From NCBI GenBank assembly GCA_964590205.1, contig CAZPVO010000002.1:1005-65004 (forward strand): a stretch of 64,000 nt of DNA, in the 5' to 3' direction. The notes beneath the pieces were generated by a model. The model was not told the DNA's origin, did not search any database, and was given only the letters and a program-made list of their open reading frames with translations. A program made the translations under genes and the position numbers. Below are positions 42,832 to 53,235 of the stretch, one piece after another (positions within the stretch are counted from its first letter, which is position 1; every line of letters begins with the position of its first letter). The stretch is from an uncultured Candidatus Saccharibacteria bacterium (GTDB taxonomy: Bacteria > Patescibacteriota > Saccharimonadia > Saccharimonadales > JAGQNJ01).

Positions 42832-44418
42832 TTAGGCTGGTTTTTTGTTGGGAAGATTTTTTGAAAGCATAAATGACAGCAAGGCGATAGCCACTACAAA
42901 GAACATCGCTTCTTCCAGCCCTTTTATTTGGGCATCAGTATAAGTTTGCGAAACTTGTTCGGCATCTTCTGGCGATAAGCCTTTATCAAGCGCAATACTG
43001 TAAGCCTGTTGCTCGCTCACAATTTGTACACCTGACTGAGAATTTTCACTAATGGTTGATTTTACATCAGAGGGCAGGGAAGTTTGATTAATTGAACTCA
43101 CGAACCCTGTTGATAATGACATAATGAAAATTGAACCAAGCAGTGCTGTACCGAGTGACGAACCAAGATTCTGAAATGTTCCTTGTAAACCCCCGCCTTC
43201 GGCTGAGTTTTCTGCTCCAACAGCTGTCATATTCACGTTACCGAGCTGCGAGGCCAACAAACCAAGTCCTGCACCAACCGTAAACATGCCTAGCGCAAAC
43301 GTTGCACCTTTTAGTTCAGGATTTATAGCCGCCAGTAGCAACAAACTACCGAACACCAAAGCTATTTGACCAATGCGCGCAATTTTGCGCGGCGAATGCT
43401 TGAGCGTCAGTTTGGTTCCAACAATCGAGAACACAATCAGTGCAACGGACAGCGGAAAGATTTTCATGCCCGTGTGCAGCGCATCCAAACCCAAAATGGT
43501 TTGCAAGTACACTGGAATCACAAAGAAAATCGCCGCCGTAATTAAATACTGCGACATCAGTACAGACAAACCGCTGCGCAGCTCAGCGATTTTGAATAAC
43601 GAAACTTTAAGTAGTGCTGGCTTGCCTTCTGATTCCATTCTGGCTTGTCGCTTGTAGAATCGCCACAGAATAATAACGCCAAACAAAATCATCCAGGCAA
43701 CCAGTGAAATACCAAATGGTGTAACTGGTTTGCCATTAAGCTGTGGCGCGCTAAGCGGTTGCACCCAGCCCCAAACTTTACTTTGCAAGATTCCAAGAAC
43801 TAAAACGCCCATGCCAACAGTCGAAAGAATTACGCTTGGCACATCAAGTTTTGGTGGAGATTTAATTTTCTCGTCAGCAATCTTATTTGTCACCAGCAAG
43901 ACGAAGGCCATAATAATCGTTTCACCAATAAACACATATCGCCATGATAGGTAAGTCGTCATAAAGCCCCCAATTAATGGACCGGCGGCTGCAGCTGCAC
44001 CAGAAACACCACCAATAAGCGCAAAAGCCACGACACGGTCTTTTCCCCTATAATTTACGGCTGCTAAAGCGGCGATCGCTGGGATTACCAGTACGGCACC
44101 TAAACCTTCAACAATGGACCAACCAAGCAGTAAAATTGTTAAATTCGGTGCCAAGCCAGTCGTGAGAGACCCAATACCATAGACAACTGCGCCAATTTTA
44201 AAAGCTTTACGCCTGCCCCAAATATCGCCAAGTTTCCCGCCAGTTAACATCAATGCAGCCATTGTCAGCGTGTAGAGCGTGATCGCTACTTGCATGCCAG
44301 TAATTGTGGTGTGCAGATCGGCCGCCACAGTAGACAGCGACACATTCATAACCGTGCTGTCTAGCACCATCACAAATTGCGCTAGCGCCAGTATGGCAAT
44401 CACCGTCCACTTTTTCAT
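42832..44418 (-). CDS. MFS transporter, DHA2 (EmrB/QacA-like, 14 TM)
   Basis: 528 aa with the MFS motif GKLGDIWGRRK and about 14 predicted TM helices. Confidence 0.8.
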   Translation of the reverse strand: MKKWTVIAILALAQFVMVLDSTVMNVSLSTVAADLHTTITGMQVAITLYTLTMAALMLTGGKLGDIWGRRKAFKIGAVVYGIGSLTTGLAPNLTILLLGWSIVEGLGAVLVIPAIAALAAVNYRGKDRVVAFALIGGVSGAAAAAGPLIGGFMTTYLSWRYVFIGETIIMAFVLLVTNKIADEKIKSPPKLDVPSVILSTVGMGVLVLGILQSKVWGWVQPLSAPQLNGKPVTPFGISLVAWMILFGVIILWRFYKRQARMESEGKPALLKVSLFKIAELRSGLSVLMSQYLITAAIFFVIPVYLQTILGLDALHTGMKIFPLSVALIVFSIVGTKLTLKHSPRKIARIGQIALVFGSLLLLAAINPELKGATFALGMFTVGAGLGLLASQLGNVNMTAVGAENSAEGGGLQGTFQNLGSSLGTALLGSIFIMSLSTGFVSSINQTSLPSDVKSTISENSQSGVQIVSEQQAYSIALDKGLSPEDAEQVSQTYTDAQIKGLEEAMFFVVAIALLSFMLSKNLPNKKPA

Positions 44419-44482
44419 ACCCTAACTTTCGCTTAATCAAACAATAAAAGCAAGCTGGAGCTCAATGGATTTGAATCAATGA

Positions 44483-44857
44483 TTAAACTTCGGCGTGTCG
44501 ATTACCAACAGTTACCAGTCGCATTAACAGCCATGTCAACAATGCATAGGCTGCGATGGCAATGAGTGTCTCAAACTCAAAGTGAACGATTCCGTATTTG
44601 GCCGTGTAATTAAAGATTCCGAAAAAAGGCGCCACAAATGGAGTTGTCAGTGTATAGATAAAATTAACCAGCGCGTTTGCTGAGTTGGCGCCCAACAACA
44701 CTAGTACAAACCTAATTAGTAGCAACCCGATAATTACTGAACCGATGGTATTAATAATTCGCGCCGCCACATTTGTGGTGTGGTCGACATCGTCTTCATA
44801 ATAATCCCTACCATCATCTCTGTGAATTACTCTAGTTTCTCTTACTGTGTGTGCCAT
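44483..44857 (-). CDS. membrane protein (YggT-like)
   Basis: Two or three TM helices. Weak resemblance only. Confidence 0.4.
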   Translation of the reverse strand: MAHTVRETRVIHRDDGRDYYEDDVDHTTNVAARIINTIGSVIIGLLLIRFVLVLLGANSANALVNFIYTLTTPFVAPFFGIFNYTAKYGIVHFEFETLIAIAAYALLTWLLMRLVTVGNRHAEV

Positions 44858-44964
44858 GGTTAAAGTCCTCCTTAAACAACTTCAGTATAGGAGTTAATAA
44901 CAAAGCCTGCAGTTAGGATTTTTGAGTTTGGTTTTATATAAATTTACAGATTGAAGTTAAAAAT

Positions 44965-45534
44965 TTAACTCTGACTGCGGTTCGCTTTGAGAGTTTGCGC
45001 CCACCATGTCAAATTGGCAATTAGTCCATCAAGATTACCGGTAACGGCTGTTTCATCTACTGATCCGTCTTTGTGAATCGCATCCCATGGATGCACTATG
45101 CTGACAAATGTTTTACTGAGTGGTGCCATGCCGACTTTGGCTGTCACGTTTACCAGCTGTTCGACTGCTCGAGTTGCACCGTAAGTGCCGTAGCCAATAA
45201 ATGCGACTGGTTTACGGTCCCACTCATGATAGATCGTATCAAATGCATTTTTGAGTGGCGCAGGAATTCCATTGTTATACTCTGCCGTGATAAAAACAAA
45301 ACCATCCAGGCCTTCAACTTTCTTGCTCCAGGCAATTACCTTATCCTGCGTGTAGTGGCCGGTTGATGGTGATTCAGGTTCGCTCAAAAAAGGTAAATCA
45401 ACTTCTTTTAAGTCAATTAGTTCAAATTCTAAATCAGGATTACCAGAAACTTTTTGCATAAACCAGTTAGCGACGTGATGGCCAACTCGGGTAGGGCGGG
45501 TAGTAGAAATAACAACACCTATCTTCATACTCAT
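44965..45534 (-). CDS. NAD(P)H-dependent FMN reductase
   Basis: MKIGVVISTTRPTRVG...FVFITAEYNNGIPAPLKNAFD pattern of the FMN_red family. Confidence 0.75.
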   Translation of the reverse strand: MSMKIGVVISTTRPTRVGHHVANWFMQKVSGNPDLEFELIDLKEVDLPFLSEPESPSTGHYTQDKVIAWSKKVEGLDGFVFITAEYNNGIPAPLKNAFDTIYHEWDRKPVAFIGYGTYGATRAVEQLVNVTAKVGMAPLSKTFVSIVHPWDAIHKDGSVDETAVTGNLDGLIANLTWWAQTLKANRSQS

Positions 45535-45626
45535 AATTTATAGACTCCGTATTTTATTATCAACTCACTTTACAATATATAGTAACTAGCTATACTTTGT
45601 AAAGTCACTTTGTTACAATTAATTTA

Positions 45627-45941
45627 ATGCCTGTAAAAAATCTATCAAAACCTGGTTGCCTGGAATGCACGCTAAAGATTGTAGGCGATAAATGGACCCC
45701 TCTCATTCTGCGTGATTTGACTGTGAATAGTTCCTCGTTCAGCCAGCTCGAAAAGTCCTTAATTGGTATTAGTCCTCGTACGCTCAGCCAGCGCCTCAAT
45801 AAGCTTGAATCTGAGCAAATCATATCTAAAAGATTATATGTGGAACGACCACGAAGATACCGATATGAACTGACACAAAAGGGGAAAGAGCTCCACACAA
45901 TTTTGCTTAAAATGGCCGACTGGGGCGCTCAATATTCATAA
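45627..45941 (+). CDS. HxlR-family transcriptional regulator
   Basis: C.ECTLKIVGDKWTPLILRDL...SPRTLSQRLNKLE. Divergent from the FMN reductase, a typical pairing. Confidence 0.85.
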   Translation: MPVKNLSKPGCLECTLKIVGDKWTPLILRDLTVNSSSFSQLEKSLIGISPRTLSQRLNKLESEQIISKRLYVERPRRYRYELTQKGKELHTILLKMADWGAQYS

Positions 45942-46128
45942 GACCTAAAACTTTTGCATAATAGTTAACACGTTAAGTATTAATTTCTTTACACTTGGGG
46001 CTTAAACTGTTCCTATTTACTGCCTAAAGAGAAGATGAGCGTATCAACCCCTTCTAACAGAGGTGACTACTGTTTTACTCCCCTGCTAGTCCCCTACTAA
46101 TCTGTTAGCCAGAGAGCAACAGAGTATA

Positions 46129-46617
46129 TTAGTGGGCTGATGGTAATTTTGAGGGATCTACTGGTCGTGGAGGGCTTAATGGAACAACTTTGCTCGCACG
46201 GACCTCACGGAGTGTGTCTCGAGAATCATCAAATGGCTTTGGCATGGTTTCAGATATAACTTCCTCTGATGTTTCTGGTTTGGAATCAAAGTCCATTACA
46301 AGTTGGTCAGCAACCGGTGTATGACCAAAAGCCTTTTCGCGAGCTTCGCGTACACCTTCCGCTTGTTGATCTAGCTGTTCCCTTGTGCGTCCTTTTAGAT
46401 CGCGTGGACCGCTTCCAAGCTCTGAACCATAACGCTCTTTTCGCTCACGCTGAAATGCACTTCTCAAAACTGCTTTGTCAGATTGAGGTGGTTTGGGCTT
46501 GGAGTCATTTTCTTTTTTTGGGCCAAAGGTAGGTCTTTCAACCGGAGCCTCGTCATCAATAATGCGCCAAGGGCTGGCTTCGTAATCTTGGTCTGGGTTA
46601 TATCTTTGGCTTGACAT
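46129..46617 (-). CDS. hypothetical basic/acidic low-complexity protein
   Basis: ORF with start moved to MSSQRYNPDQ at 46617. No family recognised. Confidence 0.45.
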   Translation of the reverse strand: MSSQRYNPDQDYEASPWRIIDDEAPVERPTFGPKKENDSKPKPPQSDKAVLRSAFQRERKERYGSELGSGPRDLKGRTREQLDQQAEGVREAREKAFGHTPVADQLVMDFDSKPETSEEVISETMPKPFDDSRDTLREVRASKVVPLSPPRPVDPSKLPSAH

Positions 46618-46696
46618 GATAGATTGTATTATACCACAAGAAACCAAATTTTACAACCTTGAGCATGATTTCAAACTTTGTGCAATAATTGTAGGA

Positions 46697-47422
46697 ATGG
46701 CTATTTTACCGACGACATTGGCTACTGCTGTTTTTGGCTTTGAAGTTCCTTTAACTCAGCTTTTTACTTACGGTGCTGGCATCTTTGTGATTATTTTTGC
46801 TATACCATCATGGGTGTCCTTGATACGACAACGTGGAATATTTATGGGTGTGATGTTGGTTATTTTGTTGGGCATCATGGCAGTTGCCTTCGAAACATTT
46901 GCGACCAAAACAGGATTACCTTACGGAAAATACGCCTATGACAACGTTTTGGGCAATAAAGTGCTTGGTGGAGCACCGTGGACAATTGGCATTGCTTATC
47001 CATTGTTATTGCTCGCTGCTTTTTGGCTAGCCAGTAAAATCACCGGAGGTTTTTTCAGGCCACTGCTTGCCGCTATATTTACCGTTGCAACAACGCTCGT
47101 TCTTGATCCAGCATCTGTGAAGCTTCAACTATGGAAATGGGAAACACCCGGCCATTACTTTGGCGCACCGTACACCCATTTGGTTGGCTGGTTTGTAGCC
47201 GGTTTGCTTGGAGCTTGGTTCATTCAGCTGTTTTGGGGTGATCGTCGAGTCCGCCGTGGTGTAGCATTCAGTGGTGTACTCATGCTTTGGTTCTGGACCG
47301 GTGTTAATTTAGGTGTCAAATATTGGATTCCGGCTGCAATCGGCGCCGCTTTTAGCATTTTGATATTTATGATTATGATCTGGGAACGCCGAGCCGAGAA
47401 AAAACAAAAAGAAGAAGATTAG
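46697..47422 (+). CDS. membrane protein, carotenoid-biosynthesis-protein (DUF422/CruF-like) family
   Basis: Seven TM helices. GLPYGKYAYDNVLG...APWTIGIAYPLL resembles the family signature. Start at MAILPTT. Confidence 0.45.
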   Translation: MAILPTTLATAVFGFEVPLTQLFTYGAGIFVIIFAIPSWVSLIRQRGIFMGVMLVILLGIMAVAFETFATKTGLPYGKYAYDNVLGNKVLGGAPWTIGIAYPLLLLAAFWLASKITGGFFRPLLAAIFTVATTLVLDPASVKLQLWKWETPGHYFGAPYTHLVGWFVAGLLGAWFIQLFWGDRRVRRGVAFSGVLMLWFWTGVNLGVKYWIPAAIGAAFSILIFMIMIWERRAEKKQKEED

Positions 47423-47862
47423 CTTACATAGCCGTTTTCTAGTAAGAACTTATCCTGCACATCATGCATATTGTCTGGTAATTTGTTAAACCATTCACCA
47501 TGAGCAGTCTCTTTATTAAACATAAAGTCGCCGCTGTATTTTTCGACTTCATACACGATGCTAACTGGATGATCAAAACTATGCTCAACATGATTTGAGA
47601 AATCTATAACCGCAACTTGCTTGGCCTTTTCAATCACAATTCCAAGCTCCCGTTCGGCCACGCGTCTAACGGCTTGCTCTAATGTTTCGTCAAAGAATAC
47701 CGTACCTCCAGGTATATGCCACTGGCCTTTGCATGGCTCGATGTCGCGCAAAGTCAGGTAAACACCTTTTGGGCTCTTTAAAACAATGTCGACACACAAA
47801 CGTGGTACCTTTGAATAAATTGACTTGAACTCTTCAGGCGTTAGCGGATAATCTTTGTTCAT
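47419..47862 (-). CDS. Nudix hydrolase
   Basis: Nudix box GGTVFFDETLEQAVRRVAERELG. Confidence 0.8.
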   Translation of the reverse strand: MNKDYPLTPEEFKSIYSKVPRLCVDIVLKSPKGVYLTLRDIEPCKGQWHIPGGTVFFDETLEQAVRRVAERELGIVIEKAKQVAVIDFSNHVEHSFDHPVSIVYEVEKYSGDFMFNKETAHGEWFNKLPDNMHDVQDKFLLENGYVS

Positions 47863-47895
47863 CAGCTAATTCTAGCAGGCTGGCTGACAGAAAGC

Positions 47896-49005
47896 TCACT
47901 CCCAGCGGAAAACTCTAAAGGCGATGAAGTAGATAACAATCATCCACACGCCAATCAGAAGCAATTGCGGTCCAAGTTGCGTGAGGTGTTTACCTTCAGT
48001 GGCGATAAGTCGAATACCGTCAATCACCGGTGTCAGTGGCAAAAAGTTAGATACTGTCTGGAGCCACTCTGGCATCAAAAAGCGCGGGAAGAATGTACCC
48101 GACAGGAACATCATCGGGAAAACTACCATGTTCGCTAGTGGCGCCGCCTGACGTTCATTCTTCGCCCAACCACCTATACCTAAACCTATACCTAAAATGA
48201 GCGTAATACCCAGCACAATAAACAGCACCAATTCAATGTAATTACCAACTACATTGAGATGAAAGATAGTTATGGCCACAATAAACATGACAGCAATTGA
48301 CATGAGCCCTACGACCGCTTGAGAAGTCATATTTGCCGCAAAGAACTGCCAAACTTTGAGTGGTGTCGTGTGAAGGCGACGAAGGACGCCCTGCTTTTTG
48401 AGCTCAGGAAATACATTAACCGGGCCAAAAATTCCCATGCCGATTATGCTAAAGCCTAGTAATCCGGCAAAGGTGTAATCAAATTGCGTCAGTGCCTGTT
48501 GGCTACTCTGTTCCGTCGTCACGGTAAATGGCACATACGTATCAACGAACTTAGAATTAATACCCTCAAATTCTGATTGCAAAATCGAACCCAAGGCTTT
48601 CCCTGCTTCTAGGTTATTTTGAGTATAAATTACTTTAGCCTGACCCGAAGGATATTGTTGTCCTTGCTGTATTTGCCCAAATTCTGGGGGTAAAATAATG
48701 GTGGCATCGAGTTGGCCACGACTCATTTTTGCGTTTGCTTTTTCAATAGTGGTTGATTGCCCATCTATCTTAAGCACTTTTTGCTGGTGAGCTTCTTGTT
48801 CGAATTGCTTCGCAAACTCGGTGTTTGACTGATTAATAAATGCTACGCGGAACGAAGTATCGTGGCTACCACCAAAAATGCTACCAAACACAAACAAGAA
48901 AATAAGTGGGAACAAAAAGATAAAGAAGATAGCTGTTTTGTCACGAAACGCTCGCCTAATAGAAATTTTGGCAAAAACTCGTACTGGTAAAAATTTTTTC
49001 TTCAT
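47896..49005 (-). CDS. ABC-2 type exporter permease
   Basis: N-terminal TM helix, a large extracytoplasmic loop and five C-terminal TM helices. Overlaps the ATPase gene stop. Confidence 0.75.
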   Translation of the reverse strand: MKKKFLPVRVFAKISIRRAFRDKTAIFFIFLFPLIFLFVFGSIFGGSHDTSFRVAFINQSNTEFAKQFEQEAHQQKVLKIDGQSTTIEKANAKMSRGQLDATIILPPEFGQIQQGQQYPSGQAKVIYTQNNLEAGKALGSILQSEFEGINSKFVDTYVPFTVTTEQSSQQALTQFDYTFAGLLGFSIIGMGIFGPVNVFPELKKQGVLRRLHTTPLKVWQFFAANMTSQAVVGLMSIAVMFIVAITIFHLNVVGNYIELVLFIVLGITLILGIGLGIGGWAKNERQAAPLANMVVFPMMFLSGTFFPRFLMPEWLQTVSNFLPLTPVIDGIRLIATEGKHLTQLGPQLLLIGVWMIVIYFIAFRVFRWE

Positions 49006-49763
49006 TAGTCGCGTAGTTCCTTCCCTGTCAGATCAATAAAGACATCTTCAAGATTTGCCTGTTCAACATGTTGCTCTTTCGTGAAGCCTTTTTTCAGTAG
49101 TTGCTTAACCAGATTCTTTGGCGTGTCGAGGGCAATAATCTTGCCGTTATCCATAATCGCTACACGATCGCAAAGCATTTCAGCCTCTTCCATATAATGA
49201 GTTGTCAAAATAACTGTCACACCCTTTTTGTTGATGTCCTGCACAAGTTCCCAGAGGTTACGACGAGCCTGTGGATCAAGTCCAGTAGTTGGTTCGTCCA
49301 TAAAGAACACAATTGGTTTGTGCACAAGTGAAGCAACAATACTAAAGCGTTGCTTTTGGCCTCCAGAAAGATTTTCTACGTACGAACTGGCTTTATCCAG
49401 TAAACCAACTTCTTCGAGTAAATGCTTAGCCTGAACTCGTTGCCCATAGGCTGAAGCTAACTGTTCAAGCTGTTCAGTCAACTTAACCTTGTCCATAAAA
49501 GCCGGGCTTTGTGGTTGTACACCAATGATGTGCTTTACCTTTTGAGGTTCTTTACTAACATCGAGACCATTCACGATGGCTGAGCCACCATCAATTTCGC
49601 GAATGGTTTCAATCATTTCCAGCGTAGTTGTCTTGCCGGCACCATTTGGTCCTAAAATGCCAAAGATCTCGCCTTCTGCAACCTCAAAACTAATATCTTT
49701 AACGACAGGCTTGCCGTCGTACTCCTTGCGAAGCTTTTTTACAACTAAGATTGGTTTAGACAT
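49005..49763 (-). CDS. ABC transporter ATP-binding protein
   Basis: Walker A GPNGAGKTT, signature LSGGQKQR, Walker B FFMDEP. Start at MSKPILVV. Confidence 0.9.
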   Translation of the reverse strand: MSKPILVVKKLRKEYDGKPVVKDISFEVAEGEIFGILGPNGAGKTTTLEMIETIREIDGGSAIVNGLDVSKEPQKVKHIIGVQPQSPAFMDKVKLTEQLEQLASAYGQRVQAKHLLEEVGLLDKASSYVENLSGGQKQRFSIVASLVHKPIVFFMDEPTTGLDPQARRNLWELVQDINKKGVTVILTTHYMEEAEMLCDRVAIMDNGKIIALDTPKNLVKQLLKKGFTKEQHVEQANLEDVFIDLTGKELRD

Positions 49764-49834
49764 AGTCGCTAGTATACAAATAAAAAACACCCCCTGCAAT
49801 CAGGGGGTGTTCTTGTCCGACTTCTCGGGCGACT

Positions 49835-50032
49835 TTAGGCGCCTTTTTTAACAGTCAAGAAACCGTTACGTGGGTTTTCGTTAACTGAGTAACCATCAGG
49901 AAGGTCGCAAGCCTCTGGGCGTTGGTCCTTACTGAAGTAATAAATTCGTTGTTGTTTGCCGCCACGAAGTGTAACGTCTTTGCAGTTTAAGTAGTATGTA
50001 ACACCCTTACTATTTGTGTGCTTGTAAGCCAT
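49835..50032 (-). CDS. small conserved hypothetical protein (65 aa)
   Basis: MAYKHTNSKGVTYYLN...RIYYFSK. GAGGGAG RBS upstream. Confidence 0.55.
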   Translation of the reverse strand: MAYKHTNSKGVTYYLNCKDVTLRGGKQQRIYYFSKDQRPEACDLPDGYSVNENPRNGFLTVKKGA

Positions 50033-50313
50033 CTTAGATAACTCTCCCTCTTAGGTTAACGATAGTACCCCTACGATACTCTGGGGGGTTTTTGTTTGTC
50101 AACCCTGTTAACTGACTTTATTAAATTTTTTAACACCTTAGAATAATTTTTACCTCTGTTGAAAGCGAGCGGTTTGTTGTAAAAGTTTGTACTTGCCAGA
50201 GATAGCTTTTCATACTCTGGTAAGTATGCGTCGGAAATCCATATTGCGTCGTCCCATGCTTATGCTTTACACTAGTTGATGTATCAATAAACAAAATAGA
50301 GGTAGGGATAAAT

Positions 50314-50889
50314 ATGGATTTTTCTCAGCGTACGAGTCGTCCCGCATCGACTAGTGATCATTCCAGTCCGGAGGGTTCGTCAAAATCAAAAAATAAAAAG
50401 TCACGTTTTTGGGGTAACTTACCGGTTCTCTCAATTGTGTTGCTGTATTCTTTGACTATTCTTATTATTGCTTTGGCAATTTACGCTTTTGTCATTGGTA
50501 ATCGTGTAAATGGTCAAGATAAATATGTAGCTAAAGATAAATATCAAGCTGTGTTCTTAAACGGTGGCCAAGTTTACTTTGGTAAAGTTACTACCGCCAA
50601 CAGCAAATATCTAACTTTGAATGACATTTACTATCTCAAAGTTAACCAAGCTGTTCAGCCTGGTCAGGAACCAAAGAGCAGTGATATCAGCCTTGTAAAA
50701 CTTGGTTGTGAACTTCACGGTCCATATGACCAAATGGTTATCAACAATGATCAGGTTATCTTCTGGGAAAACTTGAAGGATGATGGACAAGTTGTCAAAG
50801 CTGTTAAACAGTTCCAGCAACAGAATCCAAATGGTCTGAAGTGTGACACTGCTGCGCCAGCTGCAAGCCAAGGAAATACAAAGCCTTAG
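50314..50889 (+). CDS. membrane-anchored hypothetical protein
   Basis: A Ser/Lys-rich N-terminus, one TM helix and an extracytoplasmic domain. Confidence 0.55.
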   Translation: MDFSQRTSRPASTSDHSSPEGSSKSKNKKSRFWGNLPVLSIVLLYSLTILIIALAIYAFVIGNRVNGQDKYVAKDKYQAVFLNGGQVYFGKVTTANSKYLTLNDIYYLKVNQAVQPGQEPKSSDISLVKLGCELHGPYDQMVINNDQVIFWENLKDDGQVVKAVKQFQQQNPNGLKCDTAAPAASQGNTKP

Positions 50890-50939
50890 CGTTTAGATTC
50901 ACGCAAATAAAAACAGCTCCTCAAAACCAGGAGCTGTTT

Positions 50940-51551
50940 TTATAAGTGTTGTTTGAGATCGTGACGAATAAACTTCTCGACGGCAAAGCGAATTACAAAA
51001 AGAATAAAGAAAATAACGCTAAGCAGCAGACTAAAACCAGCAAGATCAGGTGACCATCGTGGCGATGTAAAGCTAAATTTATAGAGTGAATCTGGAATTG
51101 GCCGCTCTTTCTCACCATGCGTCGTCACATATTCAGTAATGCAAGGCACTCGTGGTCCACCAGAGAAACTGCCAGGATATTGAGCTTCGCATATTGCCTG
51201 CGCATCGCTATAAACTTTATTGTTCGCTGTATCAACTCTGGCTTTTTCGGCAGCAACAAGTCTTTCATAGCGATATTTAAGCTGTACTGGTTGTTGAATG
51301 GAAGTTCCGGTAGAAAGATCGGTGTTCATATGCGCGTACACATACTCACGAAGCTGGCGCAGTGCTGTTTCGACATCGCCATTATCTTTATCTACTTGGA
51401 CAACGTGATCACGCAGTTTAACTGCATGCAGGTTGTTTTGACGCATTGCAAATATACCAATGACCCCAAAGATAATGGCGAAAGCTAAAAAGTGCCAGTA
51501 CGTTATGGGACGAAGTTTACGCCAATAGTGATGCAATTTAGCTTTATCCAT
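50940..51551 (-). CDS. membrane protein (two TM, large loop)
   Basis: TM helices near both ends. No family recognised. Confidence 0.55.
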   Translation of the reverse strand: MDKAKLHHYWRKLRPITYWHFLAFAIIFGVIGIFAMRQNNLHAVKLRDHVVQVDKDNGDVETALRQLREYVYAHMNTDLSTGTSIQQPVQLKYRYERLVAAEKARVDTANNKVYSDAQAICEAQYPGSFSGGPRVPCITEYVTTHGEKERPIPDSLYKFSFTSPRWSPDLAGFSLLLSVIFFILFVIRFAVEKFIRHDLKQHL

Positions 51552-51610
51552 ATGTTTATTTTAATGCTTTTACAAATACCATTGTATCACCTATCTGTTA
51601 GACTATTGAT

Positions 51611-52909
51611 ATGCATCTATATGTTTCAGGTATTGGCGGTGCCGGCGTGGGACCATTAGCCCAAGTTGCTAAAGCTGCTGGCTATGATGTTTCGGGCTCC
51701 GATAAACAAGATTCTCAATATATTCAGTATCTAAAAAAGCATGGCATTACCGATATTCATATCGGTCAAACCAAGGAAGCTATCGCTGAACTTCATGCCA
51801 AAAATCCGATTGATTGGATCGTGTTTAGCTCCGCCGTAGAAAAAGAAAACGCCAAGCATCCTGAGATGGAATTTGCCCGCGAGCAAGATATTAAGTTCAG
51901 TAAACGCGACGTATTTTTAACGCAATTTTTGAGTGATCACAAGCTCAAACTGGTGGCGATCGCCGGAACCCAAGGTAAAACCACTACCACTGCGATGGCG
52001 GTCTGGATGTTCAAACAATTAGACCTCCCCGTAAGTTTTATTCTGCCGGCCAAAACCAGTTTTGCTGACATGGGTGAGTTCGATCCGAAATCTGAGTATT
52101 TTGTGTACGAGTGTGATGAGTTTGATCGCAATTTTCTGGCCTTTGAGCCTTTTATTAGTCTAATTACTGGTGTTAGTTGGGATCACCACGAAATTTTTCC
52201 AACCCGCGAAGATTACCAGGATGCATTCAAAGAATTTATCAGCCAATCTGAACATACTATTTTATGGGAAGAAGACGCCCAATATCTTGGCTTGCAACCA
52301 AACGACACGCTGAACATTCAAGACCCACGAATTATTGAAACCACAAAGGCCGAAATTGACTTGCCCGGGATGTTTAACCGACTCGATGCGTGGTTGGTCG
52401 TGCAATCCATGCAGCGCATCACCGACAAATCTGTCGAGGAACTGGTAGCCATCGTCAATAAATTCCCTGGCCTGCAGCGTCGCATGGAAGAAATCGTGGA
52501 AAACCTGTACAGCGATTACGCGCACACGCCCGAAAAAATTCGTGGCGGATTATCTGTTGCGACTGAGCTGGCCGCCAAAACCGGTCAAAAAGTAGTTATC
52601 GTATACGAACCCCTGACCAACCGTCGTCAACACTACATGATAGATGATTACAAAGATTGCTTTGATGGCGCTGATAAAGTGTATTGGATCCCGAGTTATC
52701 TGGCCCGTGAAGATCCTAGCCAGCGGGTTATTTCACCAGAAGAGTTAATTTCGCATTTATCAAATCCCGAAATTGCTGAGCCAATGGACCGTAATGAGAA
52801 ACTCAAAGAGACAATCCAAAAACATCTGAGTGCGGGTGATATGGTCGTTGGCATGGCTGGCGGTGGTGGTGATAGTTTAGACGAATGGTTAAGGAAGGAA
52901 TTCAAGTAA
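51611..52909 (+). CDS. murC: Mur ligase, UDP-N-acetylmuramate--L-alanine ligase (MurC/Mpl-like)
   Basis: N-terminus GIGGAGVGPLAQVAKAAGYDVSGSD and ATP-binding IAGTQGKTTTT. Confidence 0.75.
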   Translation: MHLYVSGIGGAGVGPLAQVAKAAGYDVSGSDKQDSQYIQYLKKHGITDIHIGQTKEAIAELHAKNPIDWIVFSSAVEKENAKHPEMEFAREQDIKFSKRDVFLTQFLSDHKLKLVAIAGTQGKTTTTAMAVWMFKQLDLPVSFILPAKTSFADMGEFDPKSEYFVYECDEFDRNFLAFEPFISLITGVSWDHHEIFPTREDYQDAFKEFISQSEHTILWEEDAQYLGLQPNDTLNIQDPRIIETTKAEIDLPGMFNRLDAWLVVQSMQRITDKSVEELVAIVNKFPGLQRRMEEIVENLYSDYAHTPEKIRGGLSVATELAAKTGQKVVIVYEPLTNRRQHYMIDDYKDCFDGADKVYWIPSYLAREDPSQRVISPEELISHLSNPEIAEPMDRNEKLKETIQKHLSAGDMVVGMAGGGGDSLDEWLRKEFK

Positions 52910-53235
52910 TGGTTCAAAAAGTTGTTACGTATAGTGTTAAAAGTGACGCACTCGAAGCCGCAATTGGTGTTTTAAAAGAATTCGTTGAAGGCGTCCGCAA
53001 AAACGAGCCGCAAACCAACTATCACATTTATCAAGTAAGAGATAATAAAGTTCAATTCATTCATATGGCTGGTTTTGCTGATGAGCAGGCTGAGAAAAAA
53101 CATCACCAAGCTGAATACACCCAAAAGTTCTTAGCCGATCTTAAGGACCTTTGCGAAACACAACCAATAGCCACCGATATCGATGTTGTGGCCTTCACTA
53201 AAGGCGACGGTGTTGTCGACTGGGCTAACGAATAA
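52909..53235 (+). CDS. antibiotic-biosynthesis-monooxygenase (ABM)-like small protein
   Basis: About 108 aa with a ferredoxin-like pattern. ATG overlaps the murC stop (TAATG). Weak call. Confidence 0.4.
   Translation: MVQKVVTYSVKSDALEAAIGVLKEFVEGVRKNEPQTNYHIYQVRDNKVQFIHMAGFADEQAEKKHHQAEYTQKFLADLKDLCETQPIATDIDVVAFTKGDGVVDWANE

Noticed and set aside
46060-46125. Possible degenerate extra copy of the repeat family (CTAGTCCCCT ... AGAGAGC; ACTAATCTGTTAG similar to 15383-15400) downstream of hxlR
   Set aside because: Only short matches (10 nt and 7 nt) are present, which could be chance in 64 kb. It is noted here but not called as a feature.
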